A stretch of 64,000 nucleotides of DNA from Octopus vulgaris. Its lineage: Eukaryota. This document shows positions 32,690 through 43,779 of this stretch, one piece after another. Both the position numbers and the translations under genes were made by a program. The notes beneath the pieces were generated by a model. That model ran no database searches. It was not told the origin of the DNA and saw nothing but the letters and a program-made list of their open reading frames with translations. Positions within the stretch are counted from its first letter, which is position 1. The number at the start of each line of letters is the position of its first letter. Where the stretch lies: NCBI GenBank assembly GCA_951406725.2, contig OX597814.1:97712001-97776000 (forward strand), given 5' to 3'.

Positions 32690-33478
32690 CTAAGAAAAGA
32701 TAATTGATAAAAAAAACATCAACATTTTATAAATAGCACAGCTTTCAAAACTAAATTAATATCTATTTAATACAGTAATTACTAAAAATAATTACCATTT
32801 GACACACTGAACTCATTTTTTTAAGACTTCTAAAAATATTTTGCTATGATTCTGTCAGTGTCTCAAAGAAGATACACAAAAAGGAGTTTTCTTTGTTGCT
32901 CCCTCTGAATAGATATTGAATTCAACATTTCCAGAAAAGGGACTGAATCACAGCTATAACATCCCTGCTTTTTTAATAACATATTAGCTGAAGAGAAGTA
33001 GCAACAACTGAGAATTGAAACCAAACTCACTCTCACTGAGATCTTACCTACTGTCCTCTAGTCACTCATATTATAAATAAAAAAAGTAAAACATGTACAC
33101 ATGAGAGCCTCAAAGTGGTTGCTCAAATTGTTAGAAATAGCAACAAATTCCTACTCAGATTGCATCCTGCCCTCTGTTTTATTCAGGCATAGTATATCTA
33201 ACACTGCATTGAATCATCTATTGGAAAGTCACCTGTGCTTTCATTCAGGCATAGCGTATCTAGGACTATACTGGATAATGTAGTCCTAGATATACTATGC
33301 CTGAATGAAAGACAAAATAGTTGGGACTAGAATACATTTAATCTTAAGTTTGCTTTATTAGGGTTGACCTGGATTAAACAGTAACAACAGAAAAGCAAAA
33401 TATACAGAAAAAAGTGAGAATAATAATAATAATTCAATTGTAAAATTTTCAAAGCAAAGTAATCAATCGAAATATTAC

Positions 33479-33554
33479 CTCTTGAGAGCCACATTCTAAG
33501 CATCTGTTATCTGGAACTTCTTCAGGTGTTTGGCAATAGCGACAAACTGGGCAA
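33479..33554 (-). CDS. BRAP: BRAP exon (CPVCRYCQTPEEVPDNRCLECGSQE)
   Basis: tag/gtaat ends, 76 nt, phase 2-0; end of the RING and start of the UBP finger. Confidence 0.96.
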
Positions 33555-33919
33555 CTAGAAAACATATTTTAATTAACAACATAAATATATTTTAAATAAT
33601 TTTTCATGCTAACATAGGTGGAATGGCCTTCTGCTATTTTGAATATTTTGCATTTTGTTAGAGCAATTCTATTTACTACCCAGGTAATATTCACAAAACA
33701 TCTTTCAGTAAATGAACTGAAGCATATAGAATTGTATTGTTTATTAACCTCTGGTTATTTTCTCAGCACATTCTTTTCATCTTTACACTTCAAATACAGA
33801 ATAGGTGTTAACAGTTCATTTTAACTTCAGTTGTCAATAATAAAAAAAAGGTTTTAAATTGAGGTAAGCACTGGAATTAAATGAATAGGGAACAAATAAA
33901 TTTATAATATATTGAATGA

Positions 33920-34530
33920 GGTATTGAAGGACGACCTTTGAATGTTAGGCTTCACAGAGGCAATGACAAGCGACTGAGATCTTTGGAGATATTCTGTACT
34001 TGAGAAGACCTGGCAAACCAAGTGAGAACATAGTCATGGCTAATGCCAGTATCGCATAATTGGCCTGTTTAAAAGCACCCTTCAATCGTTGGCCAATATG
34101 CCATGCTTGTGAAGATCTGTTGAACTGAGTGAAATCGTAGTCATGGCCAATGCCAGTGCCACATAACATAAAAAGCACCGTTTGAGCATGGCTGATGCCA
34201 ATGCCACCTGTGCTGGTGGCATGTAAAAAGCACCATTCGGTTGTGGCCTATGCCAGTGCCGCCTGACTGGCACCCGTACCAGTGGCACATAAAAAATACA
34301 CCATCCAAATGTAGCCAATGCCAGTGCCGCCTGACTGGATCCCATGGCAGTGGAACATACAAAGCATTGACTACACTCTCGGAGTGGTTGGCATTAGGAG
34401 GGGCATCCAGCTGTAGAAACCTTGCCAAATCAGATTGAGACTTGGTACAACCTCCTGGCCAACCACTTCTCTGTCAAATCATCCAACCTATGCCAGCATG
34501 GAAAGTAGATGTTAAACAACGATCATGATG
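33920..34530 (+). mobile_element. RTE-tail SINE-like repeat with internal tandem subrepeats
   Basis: Repeated tgccagtgcc/aaaagcacc units, gagtggttggcattaggaggggcatccagctgtagaaac and a catggaaagtagatgttaaac tail. Confidence 0.7.
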
Positions 34531-35705
34531 TAAGAAACGTTTGATTTATAATAAAGGAAATTGCTATAAAAAGTTATGCACAATGGATTTGAAGTTATTA
34601 TGTAAAATACAGGCAAGCAAGTTATGGTCTATTGACCATGATTAGAACAGTAGCGACTCTGAATAAGAGAAGTGACCCAGATTGTGATGATTTATCCCAC
34701 CCATGCTGGCATGAAAAGTGAATGTAAATCAGGTATAATGATTATTATATGTGTGTGTGTATGCATGTACATACGCATACCCTGCATTATGAGCAAAAGT
34801 ATTTGTGTGGCTTTCAGATAGATTCATAAACACAATAAAAAGATTTGTACTTCAATGAAAGTAGAAATGTCCAAGGCTTGGCCAATATCTTCCTTTTTAT
34901 CCTGGTCTCACAGTATCCAGCTTTCAAATGCTTATCAGTCTGAAAGCAAGTCATTCATAATGCTTGCGTTTCCAATTAACAATATTTTTAAGTGCTTCTG
35001 ACTGCTTTGCACTAAAACTTCATACTTTAACAAGAGTTGACCCACTTTTATTTTTTCCAGGTCATTAGCTAACTAAAGGCAATATATAATACTAACTGTA
35101 ACTGTTTTGGCTTACACCATACAGATTTAGATGGTGTCTTCTGAAGTTGCAACATCTTGATCCATGTTCATAGGTTGTTCCATAACTAGCTTTAAAATAA
35201 AATCCCTGTTAGTATCAAGCCACAAATTCTAATAAGTAAGATATTGCCAAACTGGAAAAATCAAACAGATCAGAGGCTTAGGCTACCAGTAGCCACGGAT
35301 TCTGAAACAAATGAATACTGAATTTTGAACAAGTAATTTGTTTGACAAGAACTAGGAGTCCACCACTCCTAGACTGGTCAAACAGTATGCTCATTCATCA
35401 TTTCAAGTATTCCTGAGTTGGCATGTGCTGTTGCTAGATAGTCATCGATCCTGTGCAGTGTTCATTCATCCTCTTTACAGGTCTTATGTTTTGGCCAGCT
35501 GGGTTTCTAACAACCCTCCTCATCAAAACTAACTTGGAGGGAGTGCCAGTTCAGATGCCAACTTTTCAGTCATATCACAGTAACCTGATAATTTAGTAGT
35601 AATGTGTCTTCACTTAATCATTCAAAGGTGTGCAAATGAGCTTTGATTTCATAACAAAAGAACTTGGAATATTTACTTTATTATTATATTAAATTAAAAT
35701 TGTAG

Positions 35706-35741
<36 letters not shown>

Positions 35742-35887
35742 AAAATATTAAAATTACTAAGTCTCTCTAAAAGAGAACAGCGGCAGCGTTCCCGGAAAAT
35801 AATAGTTATCGCCATACTAATATGGCATTCTTATAAAAATAAGAATAAAGAATAAATAAAACCATCGAACAGAGATTGTCGGAAGCG

Positions 35888-35965
35888 ACACCTACTGGCT
35901 GGCTACGCTGCATTGAAAAGGGGCAATACCCCGAAACGTGTCTGTAGCTGCCGGTCAAGTAGTGT
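35888..35965 (+). ncRNA. Type I hammerhead ribozyme, copy 1 (predicted cleavage after GUC at 35942)
   Basis: Stem I GCUGCA/UGUAGC; core UUGAAAA (U3-A8); stem II GGGG-CAAUA-CCCC; GAAA; CGUG; UC; extended stem I with a UAC bulge. Confidence 0.82.
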
Positions 35966-36176
35966 GGAGCGACTGACCTCCCTTGTTCGAAGGTTATATG
36001 GATACAGTTTGTGTATCAAATAGCTAACTTAAGGCGATGGCCTCATGGAGCTAATAAGCGGTCAGCTTTATTCTTATTTTTATAAGAATGCCATATTAGT
36101 ATGGCGATAACTATTATTTTCCGGGAACGCTGCCGCTGTTCTCTTTTAGAGAGACTTAGTAATTTTAATATTTCTA

Positions 36177-36221
36177 TTATTGAAAACAAGTGGATGTATT
36201 CCACCGAAACTAGGTAAATAA
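36177..36221 (+). ncRNA. Atypical hammerhead-like motif at the unit junction (second copy at 36539-36583)
   Basis: UUAUU-GAAAACA-A-GUGGA-UGUAU-UCCAC-C-GAAA-CUAG-GUA-AAUAA; hammerhead topology but a non-canonical core. Confidence 0.45.
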
Positions 36222-36249
36222 AACCATCGAACAGAGATTGTCGGAAGCG

Positions 36250-36327
36250 ACACCTACTGGCTGGCTACGCTGCATTGAAAAGGGGCAATACCCCGAAACG
36301 CGTCTGTAGCTGCCGGTCAAGTAGTGT
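36250..36327 (+). ncRNA. Type I hammerhead ribozyme, copy 2 (predicted cleavage after 36304)
   Basis: As copy 1, with a palindromic ACGCGU stem III. Confidence 0.85.
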
Positions 36328-36611
36328 GGAGCGACTGACCTCCCTTGTTCGAAGGTTATATGGATACAGTTTGTGTATCAAATAGCTAACTTAAGGCGAT
36401 GGCCTCATGGAGCTAATAAGCGGTCAGCTTTATTCTTATTTTTATAAGAATGCCATATTAGTATGGCGATAACTATTATTTTCCGGGAACGCTGCCGCTG
36501 TTCTCTTTTAGAGAGACTTAGTAATTTTAATATTTCTATTATTGAAAACAAGTGGATGTATTCCACCGAAACTAGGTAAATAAAACCATCGAACAGAGAT
36601 TGTCGGAAGCG

Positions 36612-36689
36612 ACACCTACTGGCTGGCTACGCTGCATTGAAAAGGGGCAATACCCCGAAACGCGTCTGTAGCTGCCGGTCAAGTAGTGT
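36612..36689 (+). ncRNA. Type I hammerhead ribozyme, copy 3 (predicted cleavage after 36666)
   Basis: Appears identical to copy 2. Confidence 0.85.
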
Positions 36690-36835
36690 GGAGCGACTGA
36701 CCTCCCTTGTTCGAAGGTTATATGGATACAGTTTGTGTATCAAATAGCTAACTTAAGGCGATGGCCTCATGGAGCTAATAAGCGGTCAGCTTTATTCTTA
36801 TTTTTATAAGAATGCCATATTAGTATGGCGATAAC

Positions 36836-36890
<55 letters not shown>

Positions 36891-37774
36891 AGTATTATTA
36901 CCATTATTTATAGTAACAATAAGGTGGCTAGAAAGTTCACACCTTTACAGGCTCTGATTTTAGCAAGTGGTATTATATACCCTACTTAATCATATATATA
37001 TATAGGTGTGGCTGTGTGATTGAGATGCTTGCTTCCCATCCATGTAGTTTCAGGTTCAGTCCCACTGCACAACACCTTAGACAAGTGTCTTCTATAGCTT
37101 CTGGTTGACCAAAGCCTTGTTAGTGGATTTACAAAACAGAAACTAAAACTAGACTGTTGGATATATGTATGTGTGTGTGTGGAGGGGGGTGCACGTGCTT
37201 GTGTCCTTATCTCGACATTACATGATAGCTGTAAGCAAGTGCCAGTGTTATTACAAGTGGTTGTCCTTCATTTATAATCTTGTGTAAACATGTCTGGCAA
37301 TGGGGAAATATTACTTTGTATTGAGACAGGTGAGGGTTGGCAACAGGAAGTATACTTGATCATAGAAATCTGCCCCGACAAATTTCACCAGCCCCATTGA
37401 AGCATGGAAAAGTGGATGTAAAACAATGATGATAATATAATATATATATATATATATATATACATATATATTGAAGCTGTAAAAATCTTCACAAACTATT
37501 CAGAGTTTCATGTTCTTGTTCATCAGACAGATGTCCTAGCATGTGTGTGTGTGTAGTGAGAGAGAGAAAGTGCGAGGACAGATGTGATTGGAGAAGGTAG
37601 AGAAAATGCTTATCTGTAGATGAATAAGATAGGTTTAAAGTTGATAAAATTCATGAATTCAATACACATCTCTTAAAAGAAATGAAGCACAATAGTGATT
37701 TCAATGTTATTAACAAGCCACATTTTTTTCCCAATAAACTGAGTAAATCTTTATATAAATTTGTACAACATTAC

Positions 37775-37857
37775 CTTGTATAGCCCCATTGGGCAAGGCA
37801 AGTCACATGAAAGGCATGATTGCACAAAATAGTCAGAATTCCCTCAACAGATTCATC
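37775..37857 (-). CDS. BRAP: BRAP RING-H2 exon (DESVEGILTILCNHAFHVTCLAQWGYT)
   Basis: ttcag/gtaat ends, 83 nt, phase 0-2. Confidence 0.96.
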
Positions 37858-39209
37858 CTGAAATATTGAGAGCAATTTTCTATTATTAAATACATCATTG
37901 AATTTTGAAAGGCCAGTATATAACAATTGAATGCTTTAATATTAAAAACAAAATTGTTCTAAATAAATGAAACAGCCTAATATCTCTAAGTAGTGGACTT
38001 GTGCTCTACATAAAAAGGAGTTATTCTTAAATGATCAAAATATTTTCTATAAAAGTTGTCTTAGTTTGTTGAAGTAGTACCTGGTAACATATAAATAGCA
38101 TTTTTATAGCATACGCATAGGTGTATAACGTTGAGTAATTGGTCAGCATTCAGAGATTAGCTTCTGACATTTCTTGTTCCATAGGTTACTTCTACTTGAT
38201 TGCTTGATCCTTTTTCACCTATCCTTCATCCTTCATAAACATCACATTTTTACCAGCACACTCTTCTCTCTAAAACATTATGACTGATTCCTTTCATACT
38301 CATTTTTTCCATCAGCTCACTTTTGATTCATTGATGATGTGTGTAGATATTATAAATCTAATAAAACATGTCCACCTTTCTTTCTTCCCAGCCTTTACAC
38401 TTATCTTCCACAGTCAGAGACCATGCCTCACTATCATACAGTATTACATTTTGTACACAAGAATTGTACAATTTGCCCTTTATTTGGAAGGAAAAACCCT
38501 TTGATACAAATAGAGGTAGTAGTTCCCTGTGACTACTGTGCTTTCACCTCAACACCCCCACTGTAATTAGATCCATACATATTGCAACAGCATTTGAAAG
38601 CATTCTGAATTCTTTTCCATATTTACTTTAAACTCAGCTACAATTTATTAACTTAGCCTACAACACAATCACTTATACAACATGCAAATTAGTTACTAGT
38701 TCAACAATAATATTAGTCATTATGTTGTTAAATATTACATAATAATAATGCTGAAAAGCAGTCTAATTCAAGTGTTTTAATCACACACAAATGAGCTCTC
38801 TCTTTCTCTCTTTGTATAGAGGCATCACAGTGTAATCAAGAAGTTTGAGCAACATTAGTAGGTGATAAGGTTATTTAAGAATAATATTTCCCTTGAGTAT
38901 AATCTCACTTATATTGGATAAGTGTCTTCTCCCAAAGCCTCAGATCAACCAATACCCTGCAAATGAAATTTGATTGGCAGAAAATGTTTGGTAGCCCAAT
39001 GTTCTTGAGTGGTAGACTTAATCCATTGCTTGGTCAATCACAATGACTTCCTCCCTTTCTCCTAACGACTTTGGAGACCCCAAAATAAAAATGTCACCGA
39101 CACTATATTTCCTGAGTCAATGAACACTCAAAATATGTGTAATATGGGATTTCTCTTTCTAAAAAGTTAACTGGAAAATTTATAAAACTGAAATTTCCTG
39201 AAATCTTAC

Positions 39210-39275
39210 CATTCTCTCCAAACAAACTGGGCAGTTAGGTAGTTCTGTTAAACCAGGAATTGGTAATCCAGCACC
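39210..39275 (-). CDS. BRAP: BRAP exon (GAGLPIPGLTELPNCPVCLERM)
   Basis: tag/gtaag ends, 66 nt; start of the RING. Confidence 0.96.
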
Positions 39276-40634
39276 CTAGAATGTATAGAATATAGGATAA
39301 GTGTATTTAATACGGAACATTTTTGATTCCTATATAAAAATAATAAAATCATGAATTATTTATAAACTTTCCAAATACAATGCATATATTACTGAAAGAA
39401 TTTTAAATTTATAGGCTAGATAATTTATAGTTAGCTGGTTAAACTAGTGTAGCATAATTAAGTTTAATTTCACATTGTTTGAACCACACAATAAAAGCTA
39501 TCTTTTAAACGACTACAAGTTTAAAATATTTCTTTACAATTGTTTTCCCATTCTTTACAGTATTTTCCCATTTATAAACAACATTAATAGGAGGTAAGAT
39601 TATTTAAAATTAATATTTTGCCTTAAGTGAATATGAGCTTTAGACACTACATTACAGCTATTAAACTCAATTGCACTAATGAAGACAGTTTATACTAACC
39701 TGCACAAAGTGCCTTCATTTCTTTGATACAAAACTTACCTCCCATTTAAAGGAATTCATTATTAAATTCAAACCTTCCATTACAATTCATCATTTAATAT
39801 CCATGTTCCATGCTGACATGGGTTGAATGGGTTGACAAGACCTGACAGTTCTGAAGACCATATCGTGCTTCAGTGTCTACTTTGGCATGATTTCTACAGC
39901 TATATACCCAACCTAACACCAACTACTTCAAAGCATGTACTGGGTAGGTTTTGAGAGTGTTGGGTAGATGTAATGAATGTGGGAGCGAGACACATGGGGG
40001 AGGAGGAGAAATAATTCGGTGGCTTGAGAGGGTAATCAATGTAAAATGGAGGCGGAGAAGACAGTATTAAGAATGAAAGGTGGATAACAGTGAAATGGTT
40101 CCAGGTAATAAGAGGGAAAACTGGCACCAGGGAAAAACTGAAGCATACATTTAATTACAATAGAATAGAGCAGTTAGGTGATGGGTGGTGGGAATGTCTT
40201 GAGAAAGATATTGGGTGAGGAGTTGTGCACGTATATATATACATATGCATATATGGGTACAGGACGTCACCAACAGTAAACAACATGAAATATGAAAACA
40301 TATGAGTTCAATACACAAACAACAAGAGAAACAAATGGAAAACAGGACAAGTAACACAAAGAACGACCCTTCATCAATTGTCAGCTGTCTATCTACTCCT
40401 CATTTCGAGCATTGAACAACAATATGAGTCTTCGAAGACAGTTGCTCCCATAAATACCAAAATAAAATTTTGGATTTATGGAGGGTCAAAGTTGGGAACA
40501 AAAACAGGACAGTGGAGACATACAAGGAAACCAAACGAAAACAAACATGGAGGGTCATTAGATCAGAACACGGGTAAAATAGCGAACACTGGGGAAATAT
40601 TTTCTTTGAAAAGAGAAAAGATAGAAGAGAGAGA

Positions 40635-41012
40635 TCTCTCTCTATATAAACGGCAGTTTGTGCGTTTTCTGTGTGTCTGTTTGCTTGTACCGTCACCCTG
40701 ACCACGGCTTTCAACCGATTCTGATGAAACTTGACACACACATAGCCCAATGTCATAATTCAAAACTAACGCAGTGAAAATTTTGAAAAGTTCCCCCAGT
40801 TCTGAAAAAAATCAATAAATTCGACATGGGGTCGAGAATCAGAAACACAAACCGCAAACTGTCTAGGGGACGCAACTCCACCTTTTTTAACTAAAAAAAA
40901 ATTTACCATCATTTTTTTCCCATTTTTTTGCTATTTTTTGGCTATAACTCTCTAAAAATGCTTTATAGTTATTTCCCTTACAAACCTGAGCAACGCCGGG
41001 CGATACTGCTAG
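40635..41012 (+). mobile_element. Non-autonomous Helitron
   Basis: 5' TC start, 3' GC-rich hairpin cctgagcaacgccggg followed by CTAG; inserted between A and T with no TSD; the empty site is visible in the adjacent duplicate (41102/41103). Confidence 0.85.
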
Positions 41013-42072
41013 TAGAATATATATACATTGAGCTTCCAGAATCTTAGTTTCTCCAAATGGAGAAATATTTTCTTCGAAAAGAGAAAAGATAGAAGAGAGA
41101 GATAGAATATATATACATTGAGCTTCCAGAATCTTAGTTTCTCCAAATGTAGGTGATCTCAAGAACTGCATATCACCAGTCATCCTGTCCCTTTATCATT
41201 TTCTCTATGAGGTTTGGGGTTTAGGTTATTTTCAAAAAACCAGCTTACTATATTTCTAAAATATGCCCCTCTGTGTTTCAATTAAATGGCAAAATAATTG
41301 TGAATGTTGACTGCTTTCATAAAACAACTATAAATTTTTATATACTAACAATAAATACAATGTAACAAGGTCTTCCATACAGCTATTACAGAATTTGCCA
41401 AAAAACTATATAATTATAGATAGGTACAGGTGCAATCTGAAATATGACATTATTTAAATTTAGTTCAAATATCATAAAATAAAGTGATTTATTAGCCAAA
41501 GCTTGTATCATACAGTTTACTAAAAGCTTGATATTATAGTTATTGTAAAAATGCATTAACTTCATCCAATTTATTTTGCTTGTCCTTTGTTTATATTTTG
41601 TATTTTGACTAGTCTCCACATTTGTTACATGAATGACTTGACATGGAAGAAACAAAATTAAATAAACAACAGATTTGAGTCATGAGAATGATAAAATGAG
41701 TTCAGTTTGAAAGAGAAACATTTAAAAAAGTTTTCCTTCACTCCATCCTCTTCCTGGTTTCAATACCACTGTCCGGAATTGTTTACACACTTGGATATTG
41801 AAGCATCCAGCTTAAAGCGCTTGATTCACTCTTCTATTTGCTACATTCAAAATCCATTTAAAGTCATAACTAAATTGAAGCTAATACACTTTTTATGTAA
41901 TTTATTAAAAGGTAGAACATTAGAGAAATAAAGACAAAAAATAAAGGATTTGTGAAAATATTCAAAATATCCAATAAACAATATTCACATATAAATTGTT
42001 GGACAATCTAGTGAAAACATGTGTTATCATTAATACAGTAATGATATTTACACTGATATTTTGATTAGTGAA

Positions 42073-42405
42073 GGCGCATGGCTCAGTGGTTAGAGCGTCG
42101 AGCTTACGATCGTAAGGTTGTGAGTTCGAATCCTGGACTGGGCTGCGTGTTGTGTTCTTGAGCAAGACACTTTATTTCACGTTGCTCCAGTTCACTCAGC
42201 TGGCAAAAATGAGTTGCGATGTCACAAGTGCCAAGCTGTATCGGCTGTTGCCTTTCCCTTGGATAACACTGGTGGCTTAGAGAGGGGAGGCCGGTATGCA
42301 TGGGCGACTGCTGGTCTTCCATGAACAACCTTGCCCGGACTTGTGCCTGGGAGGATAACTTTCTAGGTGCAATCCCAGGGTCAGTCAGGACTGAAGGGGA
42401 TCTCG
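42073..42405 (+). mobile_element. tRNA-derived SINE (V/Meta-core-like); older copy at ~31775-31950
   Basis: A box tggctcagtggttagagcg, B box gttcgaatcc, then gtgttcttgagcaagacacttta..ttgctccagttcactcagctg. Confidence 0.8.
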
Positions 42406-43272
42406 GATTTTGATTTCAAAATGAATAAGTAAATAAGGGTTATGTCAGGCATTCTGGTATCCTATGACAATGGGCAGTATCAGGTAATTAGATAACACAT
42501 TTGTTAATTATGCTACTAAATTCTTTCAAATTCTTAATTTTTTTTCAAAATTAATTTTTACACATAAGCAGTGTATTTCATTAGAATTAGGAGTGAATGA
42601 GTTTATTTCTTGTGATCTTATCAATACAACTGGAAAAAAAACTAACTAAAATTGATGAGATGTTAGGAAGAAATGATGATTGACTAAATTTAAGCAAGAT
42701 TTTTCATCACAGGATCTTGTGTACATTGCCTGCTTCTAGCAGTGAATCTGGACAGTGAAAAAGATCTACAGAAAGTTACTCCAACTAAGAGGTTGAAAGA
42801 TATGTTGCTCTTTAGATAGAGACATTAATCTTTAATTTTTAAATGCTTTTTACTTACAAGAAAATTTTAACTTAGCATTACAAGATAACACTTTTATTTT
42901 GTAGTACCACAACTGACAAGAGTAGAAAATTCTATTTCCTTGTGGCATCTTATTACAATTAACTGGTTTAATATTTTTAAAATGAAGGGTTGTTATCAGG
43001 GATACAGTATACTGAAAGTGATGGAATGATTATTGTCAAGTCCTCTTCATTTAGTTGGCTGTCATCTCAGCTAATTTGTGGTATTTATCTTTAAAAATGT
43101 AAAGTATCTATTACTTGCCATCAGCAAAGTTACTGATTTAAGTACTCAATTCTGTCAATAATACAACAGAAGTTGACTGACATATTACTTGAAAGATATT
43201 GAAAAGTAATGGTGATAAATTGGAAAGAAGAATGAAAATAATGATGATATAAAATGTAAAAGTAAAACATAC

Positions 43273-43386
43273 CTCAGAAGATTTCATTGTTTCAATTTTA
43301 GCTATATACACCAAATGACAAATATCTGATTCAATTGAATTGAATTGAGTGTTGTTAAATGCTGAATAAAATTCATCAGCCAATTC
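43273..43386 (-). CDS. BRAP: BRAP exon (ELADEFYSAFNNTQFNSIESDICHLVYIAKIETMKSSE)
   Basis: tag/gtatg ends, 114 nt; BRAP2 domain. Confidence 0.95.
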
Positions 43387-43779
43387 CTAGTTGAAACAAT
43401 AAAGAAAGAGACGTTAGAGAAACATATTATTTATGAAGATGAATACTAAATAGGATTTAATTAAAGTTACTTCTCATTTTTTTTTTATATAAAATTCTCT
43501 AAAATCAATAATCATTAGTTAATACTTAGTATTTATCATTGCCATTATTTTGGATATTAATCTAATTAAGATTTTATTTTACAATCAGCCCTATTTGTGT
43601 GTATGAGTGAGAGAGAAATGATGAAAGAGAGAAATTAAGACAGAAAAAGAGATTGAATATTAAAGCAGGTATGTCATGTCACAGTTTAATACAACTTGGC
43701 ACTTAGATACTATTAAAAATAGAGTTCACTCATTTACAAGCCTTCAGAGTAGGAATCTGGTTTGAGGATAAGACAACCC

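Larger units (their letters stand above)
35736..36840 (+). mobile_element. Non-autonomous Penelope-type / retrozyme element: 115-bp inverted segment + ~2.7 tandem 362-bp units containing hammerhead ribozymes
   Basis: accatcgaac recurs at 35861, 36223 and 36585 (period 362). 35736-35850 is the reverse complement of 36066-36180. (TA)n on both flanks; no ORF. Confidence 0.85.

Noticed and set aside
35853-36840. CRISPR array or ordinary satellite
   Set aside because: The units are 362-bp identical repeats with no unique spacers, in a eukaryotic intron; the hammerheads and inverted end fit a PLE/retrozyme.
42073-42145. tRNA gene
   Set aside because: A and B boxes are present but the acceptor stem does not pair, and the sequence continues into a SINE core.
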